DNA of 64,000 bases from Eledone cirrhosa (Eukaryota), in the NCBI GenBank assembly GCA_964016885.1, contig OZ024745.1, positions 79,422,001 to 79,486,000 of the forward strand, written 5' to 3'. A model generated the notes under the pieces. That model saw only the letters and a program-made list of their open reading frames with translations, was not told the DNA's origin and did no database searches. Shown piece after piece: positions 36,163 through 46,645 of the stretch (its first letter is position 1; each line of letters opens with the position of its first letter). Both the position numbers and the translations under genes were made by a program.

Positions 36163-36309
36163 CGGGGATTCTTTCCTTTGTTTTGTGCCCCTCCTTTGTT
36201 CTGTCCTACGCCAGCTTATTTTTGTGTGTTGTGTGCTTAGTTTGCGCATGTGTTACATCCGGGTAACACACGTTTTCAGATAAAATCTTGCTAAACAAAT
36301 TCAGAAACG

Positions 36310-36377
<68 letters not shown>

Positions 36378-36635
36378 TGATGATTTAATATTAAAGAATA
36401 AAAACTAAGTATTTAGCTCATAGCTAAGTTCAGCACTGGTGTTTGATAAATTGTGGTCATATATTTTATTTTTCCACTTCTATATAGCATGTGGTCATAT
36501 AACAGAAAACGTCTCAATATATTAGTTATATTTAATTTATAATTCTGAAGAAATAGATGAAAGGCAGAGACGGTGATCAGAGAATTCGAACCCTTGACAG
36601 CTATGTTTACTTACTGTTATTTTCTCGTTGAACCC

Positions 36636-36655
36636 TCTCGCGAGAACCGGAAGTG
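36636..36655 (+). promoter_or_regulatory. Candidate promoter motifs: TCTCGCGAGA palindrome directly followed by ETS site ACCGGAAGTG
   Basis: Exact consensus matches 150 bp upstream of the ARL ATG, in otherwise CpG-poor DNA. Confidence 0.7.
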
Positions 36656-36805
36656 TGTGTGTCACTGTTTAAGAATGAATCGAATCGAATGAATGAAATA
36701 TAATTAAGTTTTAACTCAAGACTTCTTCACATTATTATTATTATTTCTTCCTCTTTCATTCAACAAGCGACTGACTAATTTTATAAATCTGTCGCCGCTT
36801 TAAAA

Positions 36806-37069
36806 ATGTGGAGGAACATTAGACCTTTCGTAGCTATGGTGATTACAGCCGGCTTGTCAATAATAGCCGGCTATACTATCTATGTTTTAAAACGACGGAG
36901 TCGTGATGATAAAAAAGCAGACGAAATATGTTCTCTGGATGAGAAAGAAACCAGTTATATTAGCAATAAGGTGGTGGACAAGAAGGTTGTTGGTGATGAT
37001 GATGCTGTGAAGGATGATAACAAACAGCAGCAACAATATCAAGAACATAAACAAAATGCTAGTGTAAAG
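36806..37069 (+). CDS. ARL9/ARL10-like small GTPase, exon 1 (N-terminal hydrophobic anchor)
   Basis: AAAAATG start; hydrophobic FVAMVITAGLSIIAGYTIYVL followed by KRRSR; aag|gtaatt donor, in phase with exon 2. Confidence 0.75.
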
Positions 37070-37654
37070 GTAATTAAAATATTTTGAAGATGGCTCCCAT
37101 TTCGAGATATAGTTTGCAGCTTCTATTTTATCTATGTATATTTACAGAAAAACACTCCTCAGCCGTTCCACGAGGACACCTCCCCCCTTTTTTTTTCATG
37201 TGTTTTCAACGAATCTGACCTCTAAATTCGTCGGAAAGTAACGATATAATGGGAGGTGTAAGATCATGTACTATATATATATATATGTGTGTGTTTGGTT
37301 ATCTCTCTCTACATCAGTTTGCCAAACACTCACGCACATATATGTGTGTATTTAACAAAAGAAAAAAGAAAATCTTAAGGTCCTCTCCCGCCTCTATTTT
37401 CTAAAAAGAAACTCGTTTCCGATTGATTTGGAGGTCAGACTCATTGAAAGCACGATAAAAAAAAAAGAAAAAAAGAAACAAACCAAGCCGAACTACTAAC
37501 AAACGAATATATATAACTTGTCTCCTTGGACGAGTGTAAGTAATGGTTATTACTGAGTTGGGATCTGTGATAAAGCAAAAATTAACTATAATATTCATTT
37601 ACGTACTTACAAACCCGTCCAACCCATACCTGCATGGAAATAATAATTATAATG

Positions 37655-37868
37655 GTTTCTGATTTCGGCACAAAACCAACAATTTTGGTGGGAGAGGAAA
37701 GTCAATTAAATCGCCCCTAGTGCGTTACTGGTACTTTATTTTATCGACCCCGTAAGGATAAAAGGCAAAGCTAACCTCGGCGGGATTTGAACTCAGAGCA
37801 TAAAGGACCGTAACTCTATACTGCAAAGCATGTCCGACGCTTTACTAATACTACCATTCCACCGCCCT
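37655..37868 (-). mobile_element. tRNA-derived SINE (Meta-domain-like)
   Basis: Reverse complement of the family at 49990-50383. Confidence 0.75.
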
Positions 37869-37925
37869 TGATAATAATAATAATAACAATAACAACAACG
37901 TTGTACTCAGTAAAGAGGAAGAATA

Positions 37926-38256
37926 TCTATATATATAAAACAGAGGATGTCTGTCTGTGTGTGTGAGTTCGAATCCTTAAAACTCGAGAAGTGCCCAACC
38001 GATGTTTTACATGTGTATTACTTATGTTTCAGGGAGTGTTATGCACATAAAAAAATTCAACTTTTTGATCCCCTAGGGCCCGCATTAGGTGAAAAACTGC
38101 GTTTTTTCAGCTTTTTAGTTTTATTTTGAGGCGTTATGCCAGACCGATTTCCTTGAAATTGTAACTATGTATTAGTCAGTCTCTTCTTCATACCGTGAGC
38201 AAAGAAAATCCAACTTTAAATACCTTATCCCGTGCAACGCCGGATACCACTGCTAG
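37926..38256 (+). mobile_element. Non-autonomous Helitron (331 bp)
   Basis: A|TCTATATATATAAAA...CTAG|T termini, subterminal hairpin TATCCCGTGCAACGCCGGATA, no TSD. Confidence 0.8.
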
Positions 38257-38284
38257 TACTCAATAAAACGGAAAGTGTTTTGGT

Positions 38285-38490
38285 TAAGCAATATTGCTTG
38301 CCCATTTGATATTAGAGTGGTAGACAAAGAACATGAGAAAATAGAAAAATACGAAGACATAAAATATGGGATGTGGAAAATTTGAAACTATTGTAAAGAT
38401 ATCACCCCACTAATAATAAAAGCCTTTTGTTTGAAGATATCAAGGTGAATCTCCTGACTCTACTGAAAGCTTGTTTCCTCAGCACCATTG
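38285..38490 (+). mobile_element. Decayed R4/Dong-like RLE 3' fragment
   Basis: IACPFDIRVVDKEHEKIEKYEDIKY resembles VACPFDTRVQEKEREKINRYQDLKW of the intact element. Confidence 0.6.
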
Positions 38491-38579
38491 CTGCAGTATA
38501 CTGCTCTCTATCTAGCAATCCCATATCAACAGAACAGCAATGATATGCTGAGTGAAATAATAATAAAAAAAATAAATAA

Positions 38580-39140
38580 TAGAAAAACTAGAGAAGTAGT
38601 TCCAGACATGGAAGCAAAATCTGGAATCAAAAGTCTCAAACTTAGCAAATACTAAAGTTGACGTAAGTAGGAAAAAGACCCTGCTACCATTGGCTGAGCT
38701 CCATGTGTAAAAATGGAGTGAATAGAGATTCCATGCTGTATACTCAGTGTAGATTGTGGACAAACAAGATATGTAGTGGGATCATAAAGTGGATAACCTT
38801 CATGGCAAATGCACAAGGGTAGTCAAGAAATAAACTCTATCAAATGTTCAGAAGGCTCACTAGAAGTGGTAGAAAACTTTTTGTTATCTGGGTGATCTCA
38901 TAAGTCGTAAAGGTTGATGTATGAAAAGTATTGTAGCCAGAGTGAAAATGGTGGAAGAAGTTCAGAGACCTGCTGGCAACAAAGGGCTTCTCTCTTAGTG
39001 AAGGGCAGAGTAGATTATATGATGCATGTATTCAAACTACAATGTTGAATGGCAGCAAGATATGGAACTTGAGTGCAGAAGATTTGCAGCAGCAAAAAGA
39101 AATGAGACATGCATGCTTCACTGGATGTATAATTAATACT
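38580..39140 (+). mobile_element. Decayed RTE fragment
   Basis: LEKxFQTWKQNLESK and SEGSLEVVENF-like remnants. Confidence 0.7.
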
Positions 39141-39693
39141 GTCTCATGATTTTTGTTTTTATATTGCTTTTGGGCACTTTTCCACCAGAGCCTACATTGG
39201 TCTTTCCACTTGTTGATTAGCTGCTGTCTTCAAAGTTAGCAACTGCTTCGAATGTAGTGGTGTTGGTGCAATAACCTATTAGTTCTTCTTTGTCTGTAGT
39301 TAAACTGTGTCAAGTTAATAGATTTCTTCTGCCAGGATATGAAGAAGACATTCACTTACCCCTAGTTTCCTAAGTGCTCATCCAGTAAGGTGATTAGCAT
39401 TAGGAAGGGCATCAAGCCATAAAAAAAAACTAAAAATGGAATGAACAAATTAGGATGTGGTCCACTGACACATCTAGGAGAGCAGTAACTCCAAACCTTC
39501 TAATGTATGGAAAGTGGATGTAAAATAATAATTATGATCATGGTGTTAAAACTATATATTTTAAAGATATACTATTTGTGATCTTGACCAGTTACTTTAA
39601 AGAAAGGCTTCTTTTAATCTCTTATTTGAGAAAATTTGCCTCTCAAACTACTGTGAACCTCTGCTAAAAAATTTCATTTCTATTTTCATTTAG

Positions 39694-39874
39694 ACTACCA
39701 GAATAGATGATCACAATAAAAAGAGAGTATTAGTACTTGGTGTTGAAAAGGCTGGAAAGACAACATTTATTGCATCCATGAGTAATCAACAGAGCTCAGA
39801 AAAATATACTCCAACACAAGGATTTTCTGTTGTAACAACTTCAATTGGAGAAAAAGCTATCAACTTTTGGGAAG
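39694..39874 (+). CDS. ARL9/ARL10-like GTPase, exon 2 (P-loop, switch I)
   Basis: RVLVLGVEKAGKTT (G1), YTPTQGF (G2), INFWE; tttag/gtaatt boundaries. Confidence 0.88.
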
Positions 39875-40234
39875 GTAATTTTCAAAACTTTTGTATGTGT
39901 TATGTTGTCTATATTTTCTTCATTTTGCTGTTGTTTTTCCAAGACCTAATACATATAACTGGACATATAATTATAGTTCTGTTGTAAAAGGAAGAAAGAA
40001 AAAAAAATGCCTTAGTGCACCTTCCTGTGTCGTCCATTGCCCATGTTGGCTCTGCCTTCTAGATTCTTATGGAATCCTCTTTTCTTTCACCTCCTGTAAG
40101 ATCTCTCCTCATCTTTCCTCTGGCCTTTGACAGCCATTCCATTTTTGTTGCATATAGTTTCTGTTTATTGGCATGGCTTTGTAGTGTATTCTGTTATCTC
40201 TCTGACTATGAGGGTTTTTTTTTTTCCACATTCA

Positions 40235-40800
40235 CCACCTCTCAAACTTGACATTTTCTGCTCAACTTCAACATGGGCTGGATTGACCTCATGACCTTGT
40301 CTTCTGAGTCTTCCAGCATGCTCAAGAGCCTTGCTTTTCCAACCCTGTCCTCCTCAATGATGGGCTTGAGAGGTAGTTTCAGCTTGGCCTGGCAACAGTT
40401 TAGTGCAGCAGTAATGAAACCTGGTGGGACACCAAACCATATCCTTCTGTAGTTGTTAATTTTTACCTCCATTATCTCCAATGTGCTGATGTCATATATC
40501 ATCGAATATCTCTCATCCCTCTTCTGTACCTGTGGATGCCCAGTTAAGCTTGCGGTGTCTCGTATCAAGAGACCTATATACATTTCTTGTCTGAATCAAC
40601 AGTGTAGTTATCCTTGGCACTGAAGTTTGACTCCTGGCCTTGGTTTTCTGATGTCTTATATACTGGAGCAGTGTACTGCTGCTCATTCATCAAACTCCTG
40701 ATACAGCTTTTTTTAAAATTGTGGTACTTAATGTTGCACACAGTAGAAAATATCATTCCACAAATACATTGGAATTTCATTTGTTCTGTATTCATAATCT
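40235..40800 (-). mobile_element. Decayed, internally deleted RLE-type non-LTR element (HERO-like)
   Basis: KINNYRRIWFGVPPGF..AL.C..AKLKLPLKPIIEE.RVGKARLLSMLEDSED and an upstream CICG..H zinc-finger remnant; clade assignment from memory. Confidence 0.5.
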
Positions 40801-41025
40801 GTTGTGGCTTTCTGATCAAAGTATTAGAATCTGCAATCAACTGTGGCTACAGTTATTTTCTGTATTTGGGATTCCTACATTTTCTAAGAATTCCAAATCT
40901 AACCAAACGCTTCAATACTTCATATTTACAATGTTGTTTACATAGGTACTATGTTGGTGCCAATAAATACATCATTAACAAATGATCGGATGATAACTAA
41001 AGCTTATATTTGACTTTATTTCCAG

Positions 41026-41210
41026 TTGGTGGTGCACCCAACCTTCGACCACACTGGGGCCGCTACATTGATGGAACAAATCTTTTGCTCTATGTTATTG
41101 ACTCAACTGATGCAAACATTGTACATCTTGCTAAAGATGAGCTCACAGACCTTGTTAAAGCCAACCAGTATTTAGATACAATACCATGGTTAATTATTGC
41201 CAGCAAGCAA
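41026..41210 (+). CDS. ARL9/ARL10-like GTPase, exon 3
   Basis: (E)VGGAPNLRPHWGRYIDGTNLLLYVIDSTD...LIIASKQ; ttccag/gtaagt boundaries. Confidence 0.9.
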
Positions 41211-41227
41211 GTAAGTTAAACTTTAGC

Positions 41228-41822
41228 ATCATTTCATCACTGTTTTATGTCTTTTTTTCCATGCTAGCATGGGTAGAATGTGTCCTTTTCAGCTCAGCAT
41301 CCCTCCCATTCGTCTTAGTCCTTCATCAACCAGGATATGAGATTTAGTAACTTGAAATCAGCTCTCACAACCTCAACCCAGGTCTTCCTTGGCCTCCCTC
41401 TACAATAGCTCCCTTCCATTGGGATTTCTTAGCACTTCTTTACCCAAGGATCATCATCCATATGCATCACATGGCCATACCAGTGCAGTCTTCTCTCCTG
41501 CATACTACATCTAATTCCTCTTATATCCAGGTTTTCTTGCAGTCCATCTATGCTTTGCTTTTCACACACATTAACATTGCACATCCATCAAAGTATGCTT
41601 GCTTCATTTCTCTCCAGCCTTCACATATCTTCCATATTCACTGCCTATGCCTCACTACCATGAAAACATCGCACAACATACACAAGCATTAAGCAGCCAG
41701 TCTTTTGCTGTCAACAGAGGTAGCAGCTCTCTAAACGTTTTCAATCCTGTTCTTACTGTAGCTAGCTGCAGCCCCCACCCCCTAATTTGATCATCTAGGT
41801 AACAGAAGCTATCAACCACTTC
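41228..41822 (-). mobile_element. Decayed RTE 3' fragment
   Basis: Antisense remnants of the SFCYL, LERNEASIL, WYGHV, GRPRKTW segments. Confidence 0.7.
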
Positions 41823-42925
41823 ACAGCCTAGCTTTAGAAAAGGAACACATTGGATAATGTAATTATTTTTTTAGATATAGATATATTGTAATTTACAAAT
41901 TAATATGATTGAAAAAAAAAAGCATAAATAGAAATTTTGTTGGGTAAATTTTTGAAAATGCACGACTTCAGTTAAACTGAAGCATATTTTGGTAAATCGC
42001 TAAAAATAAGCTGAAGACAATGTTAAATACCATGGAACATATGTATAAATCTTGAGTCTGTGAGATGTTATTAAGAACTGCTACAGAGACAGACTGGAAA
42101 GAGAAATTTTTCCAAATGCTTACAAGGTATATTGTGCTGAAGGTGATGGTGTTAAACTAACTACCACTACCACACCAAAACAGAAATTATTCTTCCTCCA
42201 GTCATCTACATAGTTTCAGTCTTCTAAATTTCACTCACAGGATTTGGTTGACCCAAGGTTTCAACTTGAAACCACATAGTTATTACACCAGCCACTTCTT
42301 TTGAACTTATGTCTAGCTGCAGATCTATCTCTTATCTAGAGGTCCCTGATCACTTGTATATGATGAATGGTGCATTTTTCACTGGGGAAGGATTTAATAT
42401 TCACAACCAGCTGATCATTACAACTATATAGAGAAGATCTGGATTCAATAACTGAAGGCAACTTGTCTAGGAAAATATTAACTCTGAATAAAAAATGATG
42501 CAGTGTAAAAGGGTGAGTTTAGTTTTGAGAGACAAACTCTCTCGTGATGGTGGAATGATAAAATGCATCCCGTCCAAGCTGTAAAGTAGTTCATCATTGG
42601 AATGGTACTCAGCCAAACATCTTGTCTTTGTTGTAAAGTGGTTCATGATTAGAAGGGTATTCAACCCAAAAAATCATGACTGTGAATACAATGAGAAACC
42701 CTAATTTTATAAACATGACACACTTACCAAGAAGCAGGCTCTGTCGTTGATCCCCTTCCACACGATATCACCACCACCATAACCTCACTGGTATACTGTG
42801 TCACTTAATATCATAGTACTTCTCCTGTCTTTATCTAGAAAGAATGAGAAAGAGAGTCATGCTGCTCAAGAAGCAGGCTCTGTCGCTAATCCCCTTCCGC
42901 ACATGATGTCACCACCCTCCCATAA

Positions 42926-43119
42926 CCCTTTAGCATTTAAATTACTCTACATTTACTATTGTATTTTCACAGTAAAAGCTTTACCTCACATAATATTGAA
43001 TCTATGAGATATTGATATTATTTATGTGAAGAAAATAACCTTAACATCAGTACGGCTGGTTTGAACAGAAAGAGGTAAGAGAATTCTGGCCGGATATAGC
43101 CAGTTTAAATGCTAAAGGG
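42926..43119. mobile_element. piggyBac-like MITE
   Basis: 16-bp TIR CCCTTTAGCATTTAAA/TTTAAATGCTAAAGGG flanked by ATAA and TTAA; second copy at 45202. Confidence 0.8.
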
Positions 43120-43280
43120 TTAATCCCACAGAATACAGGCATAAAATGATATTTACATACTTTCTTTAAGTATTCAAAAGATTCAATGTTTACTTCAATT
43201 AATCATAAATACCATTTATTATATCCAATTAAACTAATTCCTAATTGCCTGGCTATGTTTTTGGTTTTCTTCTTTTGAAG

Positions 43281-43445
43281 GATTTGCTTGGAGCTATGAG
43301 TCCTGACGAGATACGAGAGTTATTAAATATACCACAAGTACCAAAACAGCCGGAAAAAATAGTAATTGGAATGGAACTACCTGCTAAAGGTTTGAAGAAG
43401 GGAATCTCCAAAGTGAAGAGCTTTTTAACTGAAACAGCATTTTAG
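43281..43445 (+). CDS. ARL9/ARL10-like GTPase, terminal exon
   Basis: ttttgaag acceptor; completes SKQ|D (G4), DLLGAMSPDEIRELLNI...ETAF-stop. Confidence 0.85.
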   Translation, partial: DLLGAMSPDEIRELLNIPQVPKQPEKIVIGMELPAKGLKKGISKVKSFLTETAF

Positions 43446-43469
43446 CTTGAGGTACGTTTAGAAAAGCAG

Positions 43470-43790
43470 CGAATTGGCAGTGCTGTTAGAATGTCAGAAT
43501 GCTTTACTGTATTCATTCTGGCTTTCTGCACTCTCCGAGTTCAAATCCCTTTGACGTCAACTTTGCCTTTCATCCTTTCAAGGTCGATAAATAAAGTATC
43601 AATCCAGTACTGGGGTCGATTCTTCCTCTATATCTCTTTCTCTCTCCTTCTTTGGAAGAAATCACCTGTGTTTGGACCTGGAAAAAATATGAGCACCACC
43701 AGGTTTTAAAATGCTCAAAGAACACTGTATGTCATATAGCATGCCTATGACTCCATTAGGAGTTATGGGCCTACACATACAAACATACAT
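43470..43790 (+). mobile_element. tRNA-derived SINE starting ~25 bp after the ARL stop codon
   Basis: Same head, core and tail as 11583-11910. Confidence 0.6.
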
Positions 43791-44057
43791 GTTTAGAAAG
43801 AATGACATAAAGTATAGCCTAGTTTATTTAAAGATATTTTTACTTCACTCCTGCCCACAGCATCACCAATTGTAAATATTAAAATAGTATTTTGTTTAAA
43901 ATTGTTACTATATTTGATGATTTTTTTGCATATCATTATTTATATCAACATTCTTTTACAGCAACTTTATTTACATTGTTACCCAAAGTAGAATATACAT
44001 CAGTTGGCTAGTGATTCACTTGTATCTATATTATTATTTATTATGTCTATACCAAGG

Positions 44058-44258
44058 ACAGTGGATTGGCAGTTGAATCAGTAGAGCAGCATATAGTTAT
44101 GGCCCTTTACGTTTTGAGTTCAAATCCTGACGAGGTTATCTTTACCTTTCATCCTTAAAGAGTTGATAAAGTACCAGTAACACACTAGGGTCAATTTAAT
44201 TGTCTTTGCTCTTCTCTTCAAACTGCTGGCCTTGTACTAAAAGGAGAAACAATTATTT
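44058..44258 (+). mobile_element. tRNA-derived SINE (Meta-domain-like)
   Basis: GTGGATTGGCAG, GAGTTCAAATCC, CTTTCATCCTT, GCTGGCCTTGT...GAAACAATT. Confidence 0.65.
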
Positions 44259-45201
44259 CTATACCAAATAAAATTGTTAGGTCCTTTGAAATTTGGACTT
44301 CATCTAACATAAAATGTTCTATAAAAGATCTGATATGCAGCTCTGACTGCAGTTTATGTGTTAAATCATGGTAACTTTCATGTACATGTGACTTTCTGTG
44401 TGTGTTTAATTTTTGTGCCACTTATACAATTTAAACTGTTTCTTGCAATATTTTATTTTAAAAATATTGTGATAATATCTAACCTATTGCATTTCAGTGA
44501 TTTTTGTTGTAACTTTGTTCTTAAATAAAAACAAACTAAAAATGTGGTTTTTGTCAGTCCAACATCATTGTGTGAACATGCATAACTGGACATTTACTTT
44601 AGTAGATTATTCTATTAATTAACGTTTAAATAATAAAAAAAATTATTCAGTTAAATTTAGTTATGAATTGATTTTCTTAATATTTTTTTACATTTTTATC
44701 AGCATTTATATTTAGTGCCTGGAATGTGGTCGGTCAAGGACATAGACTGTCAATGGTCCCCAATCTTCAGTAATGAAGATAGAAAGAGATCAGACCAAAC
44801 TAATGTGGTAGCACTGGTACTATGACAAATACATCCAGTATATTCTGTAAAGTGGTTTGTGTTACAAAGGGCTTATAGTCCTAGAAACCATGCCAAATAT
44901 GGAATGTAATACAGCAAGGATAAGGATGTTCTGAATCCATCTAGTCAAAGACCATGAGAACCTGTCCAGCCCATGCCAGGGTGGAAAGCAGGCATATGAT
45001 GATGATATTTTCTTTTTCTTTATTCGTTTTTCCTAAACCTTTCTAATAAAAAAAACCCAGTAAATTGTAGCTAAATTATTCTTCTCACTATAAAAAAATT
45101 ATTACTAATTTCTTTTAATACAAGGATTACAAAACCAACTCAGTATATTCTTTTTAAACACACTCAGAGGCCCTGAAAAAGGTCATAGGTATCATGTTTA
45201 C

Positions 45202-45408
45202 CCCTTTAGTATTTATATTACTCTATATTTACTATTGTATTTTCACGGTAAAGGCTTTATCTCACATAATATCGAATCTATGAGATTTTGATATTATTTA
45301 TTTTGAGAACAATACTTTAACATAAGATGAGCAGCCAGTTATGGCCGGTTTGAATAGAAAGAGGTGAGAGAACTCTGGCCGGATATGGTTGGTTTTAATG
45401 CTAAAGGG
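45202..45408. mobile_element. piggyBac-like MITE, second copy
   Basis: CCCTTTAG...GCTAAAGGG followed by TTAA; interior colinear with 42926-43119. Confidence 0.75.
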
Positions 45409-45630
45409 TTAACTAAAATATAAAGGTCTAAAGTCTGTCTCAAGTCCAGAGGGTCATTAGGCCAATGCTTATCTTGGTTTCCTTGGCATTAAGAAGAGCA
45501 TCCAGCTGTAAAACCTATGCCAAATATAGAACACAACGAGCAAGATTCTCATTCCAATCTGTCTAATCTTCGACTACAACAATCAAACTTGTGCCAACAG
45601 ATGTAAAACAATGAAGATGTTCTTTTAACT

Positions 45631-45758
45631 TGAATAATATTAATATTCAGTTTGTTTGCAAGCAAACAGCTTCACTAACACCATGTGTGTTTTCTAGATG
45701 ACCACGTCACATGGTGTTAATGAGGTGCAAACAAACCGAATATTATTATTATTATTCA
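45631..45758. repeat. Imperfect foldback hairpin (~128 bp)
   Basis: AATATTCAGTTTGTTTGCA/TGCAAACAAACCGAATATT outer arms and TAACACCATGTG/CACATGGTGTTA inner arms. Confidence 0.75.
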
Positions 45759-46363
45759 CTCATGAATACATTTATGTATCCACCATGTTAGAGTGAAAAC
45801 AGATTTTGTTTTTAAAATAATATTTCACTTGATATTGTTTTTTAATTATATTCTTAACAATAGTGTTTCTATAATCAAAAATGAAATGATCATTGCAACC
45901 ACAGTTGAACATTCCTGGCAAAGTCTCTCCACAGTTCACGAATTACCATTGCTCCTGACAACTGCTCTCTCGTCTGAGAGTTGAAGATTCGAGCAGGTCT
46001 TCCTCTACTGTGTCTCCCATTAATTGATTCCTCCAAAAATAGCTTGTATATAATTCAACTTTACGATAATCATGAGATAAGTTGTTTTTGTGTTATTTAA
46101 TTTGTTTATGTATTGTATACCATTCCAGAAATGATTGGATTCATAATCTCTGAAGTACCACCAGAAATGGGAAAGATGAGATGCTTCTGGGATTTCTTTT
46201 GATATATTGAAATAACTAGAAAGAAAATATAAACAAGTAAAATGTGGCAAGAATAATTATGGAATCTTCATTTAGAACAGAAGCCATGATGAAGGTAGCA
46301 AGAATGTAGAAAGTGAAATGAAATGAGATGTGTTTTGTCTTAAATTAAGATAGATCTAGCAAG

Positions 46364-46645
46364 TAAGTTCAAATCCTGCCAAGGTCAACTGTTTCTCTGT
46401 GTTCCAAGGTTAACTAACCTGCCAATGTCAACTGGCTCTGTGTTCCGAGTTCAAATCCTGCTATGGTCAACTGCCTCTTTATGTTCCAAATACAAAACCT
46501 GCCAAAGTCAACTGGTTCTGTGTTCTAAGTTCAAATCTTGGCACGGTCAACTGGCTCTTTATGTTCCAAATACAAAGACAACTAGTTCTCTATGTTCCAA
46601 GGTCAACTGGTTCTTTATGTTCTGAGTTCATATCCAGCCAAAATC
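46364..46645 (+). repeat. Tandem amplification of a SINE-derived ~35-40 bp unit
   Basis: Repeated GTTCAAATCCTGC..GGTCAACTGGCTCTGTGTTCC. Confidence 0.7.

Larger units (their letters stand above)
34825..36262 (+). mobile_element. Penelope-like element 3' part (thumb/linker + GIY-YIG) with pseudo-LTR and inverted pLTR copy, family 2
   Basis: CIDKKCIIC...CKTRNVVYSIRC...YIGETARSIGERINEH...RQITEAINI...LNRKHEW; downstream repeat carries a hammerhead. Confidence 0.85.
35773..36262. repeat. Inverted repeat, ~230-bp arms (35773-36000 and 36031-36262), 30-bp spacer
   Basis: Arms are reverse-complementary with scattered substitutions. Confidence 0.9.

Noticed and set aside
46121-46215. Minus-strand exon-like segment (YFNISKEIPEASHLSHFWWYFRDYESNHFWN) with AG/GT ends
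   Set aside because: No recognisable homology or partner exons; the adjacent open frame at ~45890-46040 looks like a decayed RTE C-terminus (SRGRP...ELWR).
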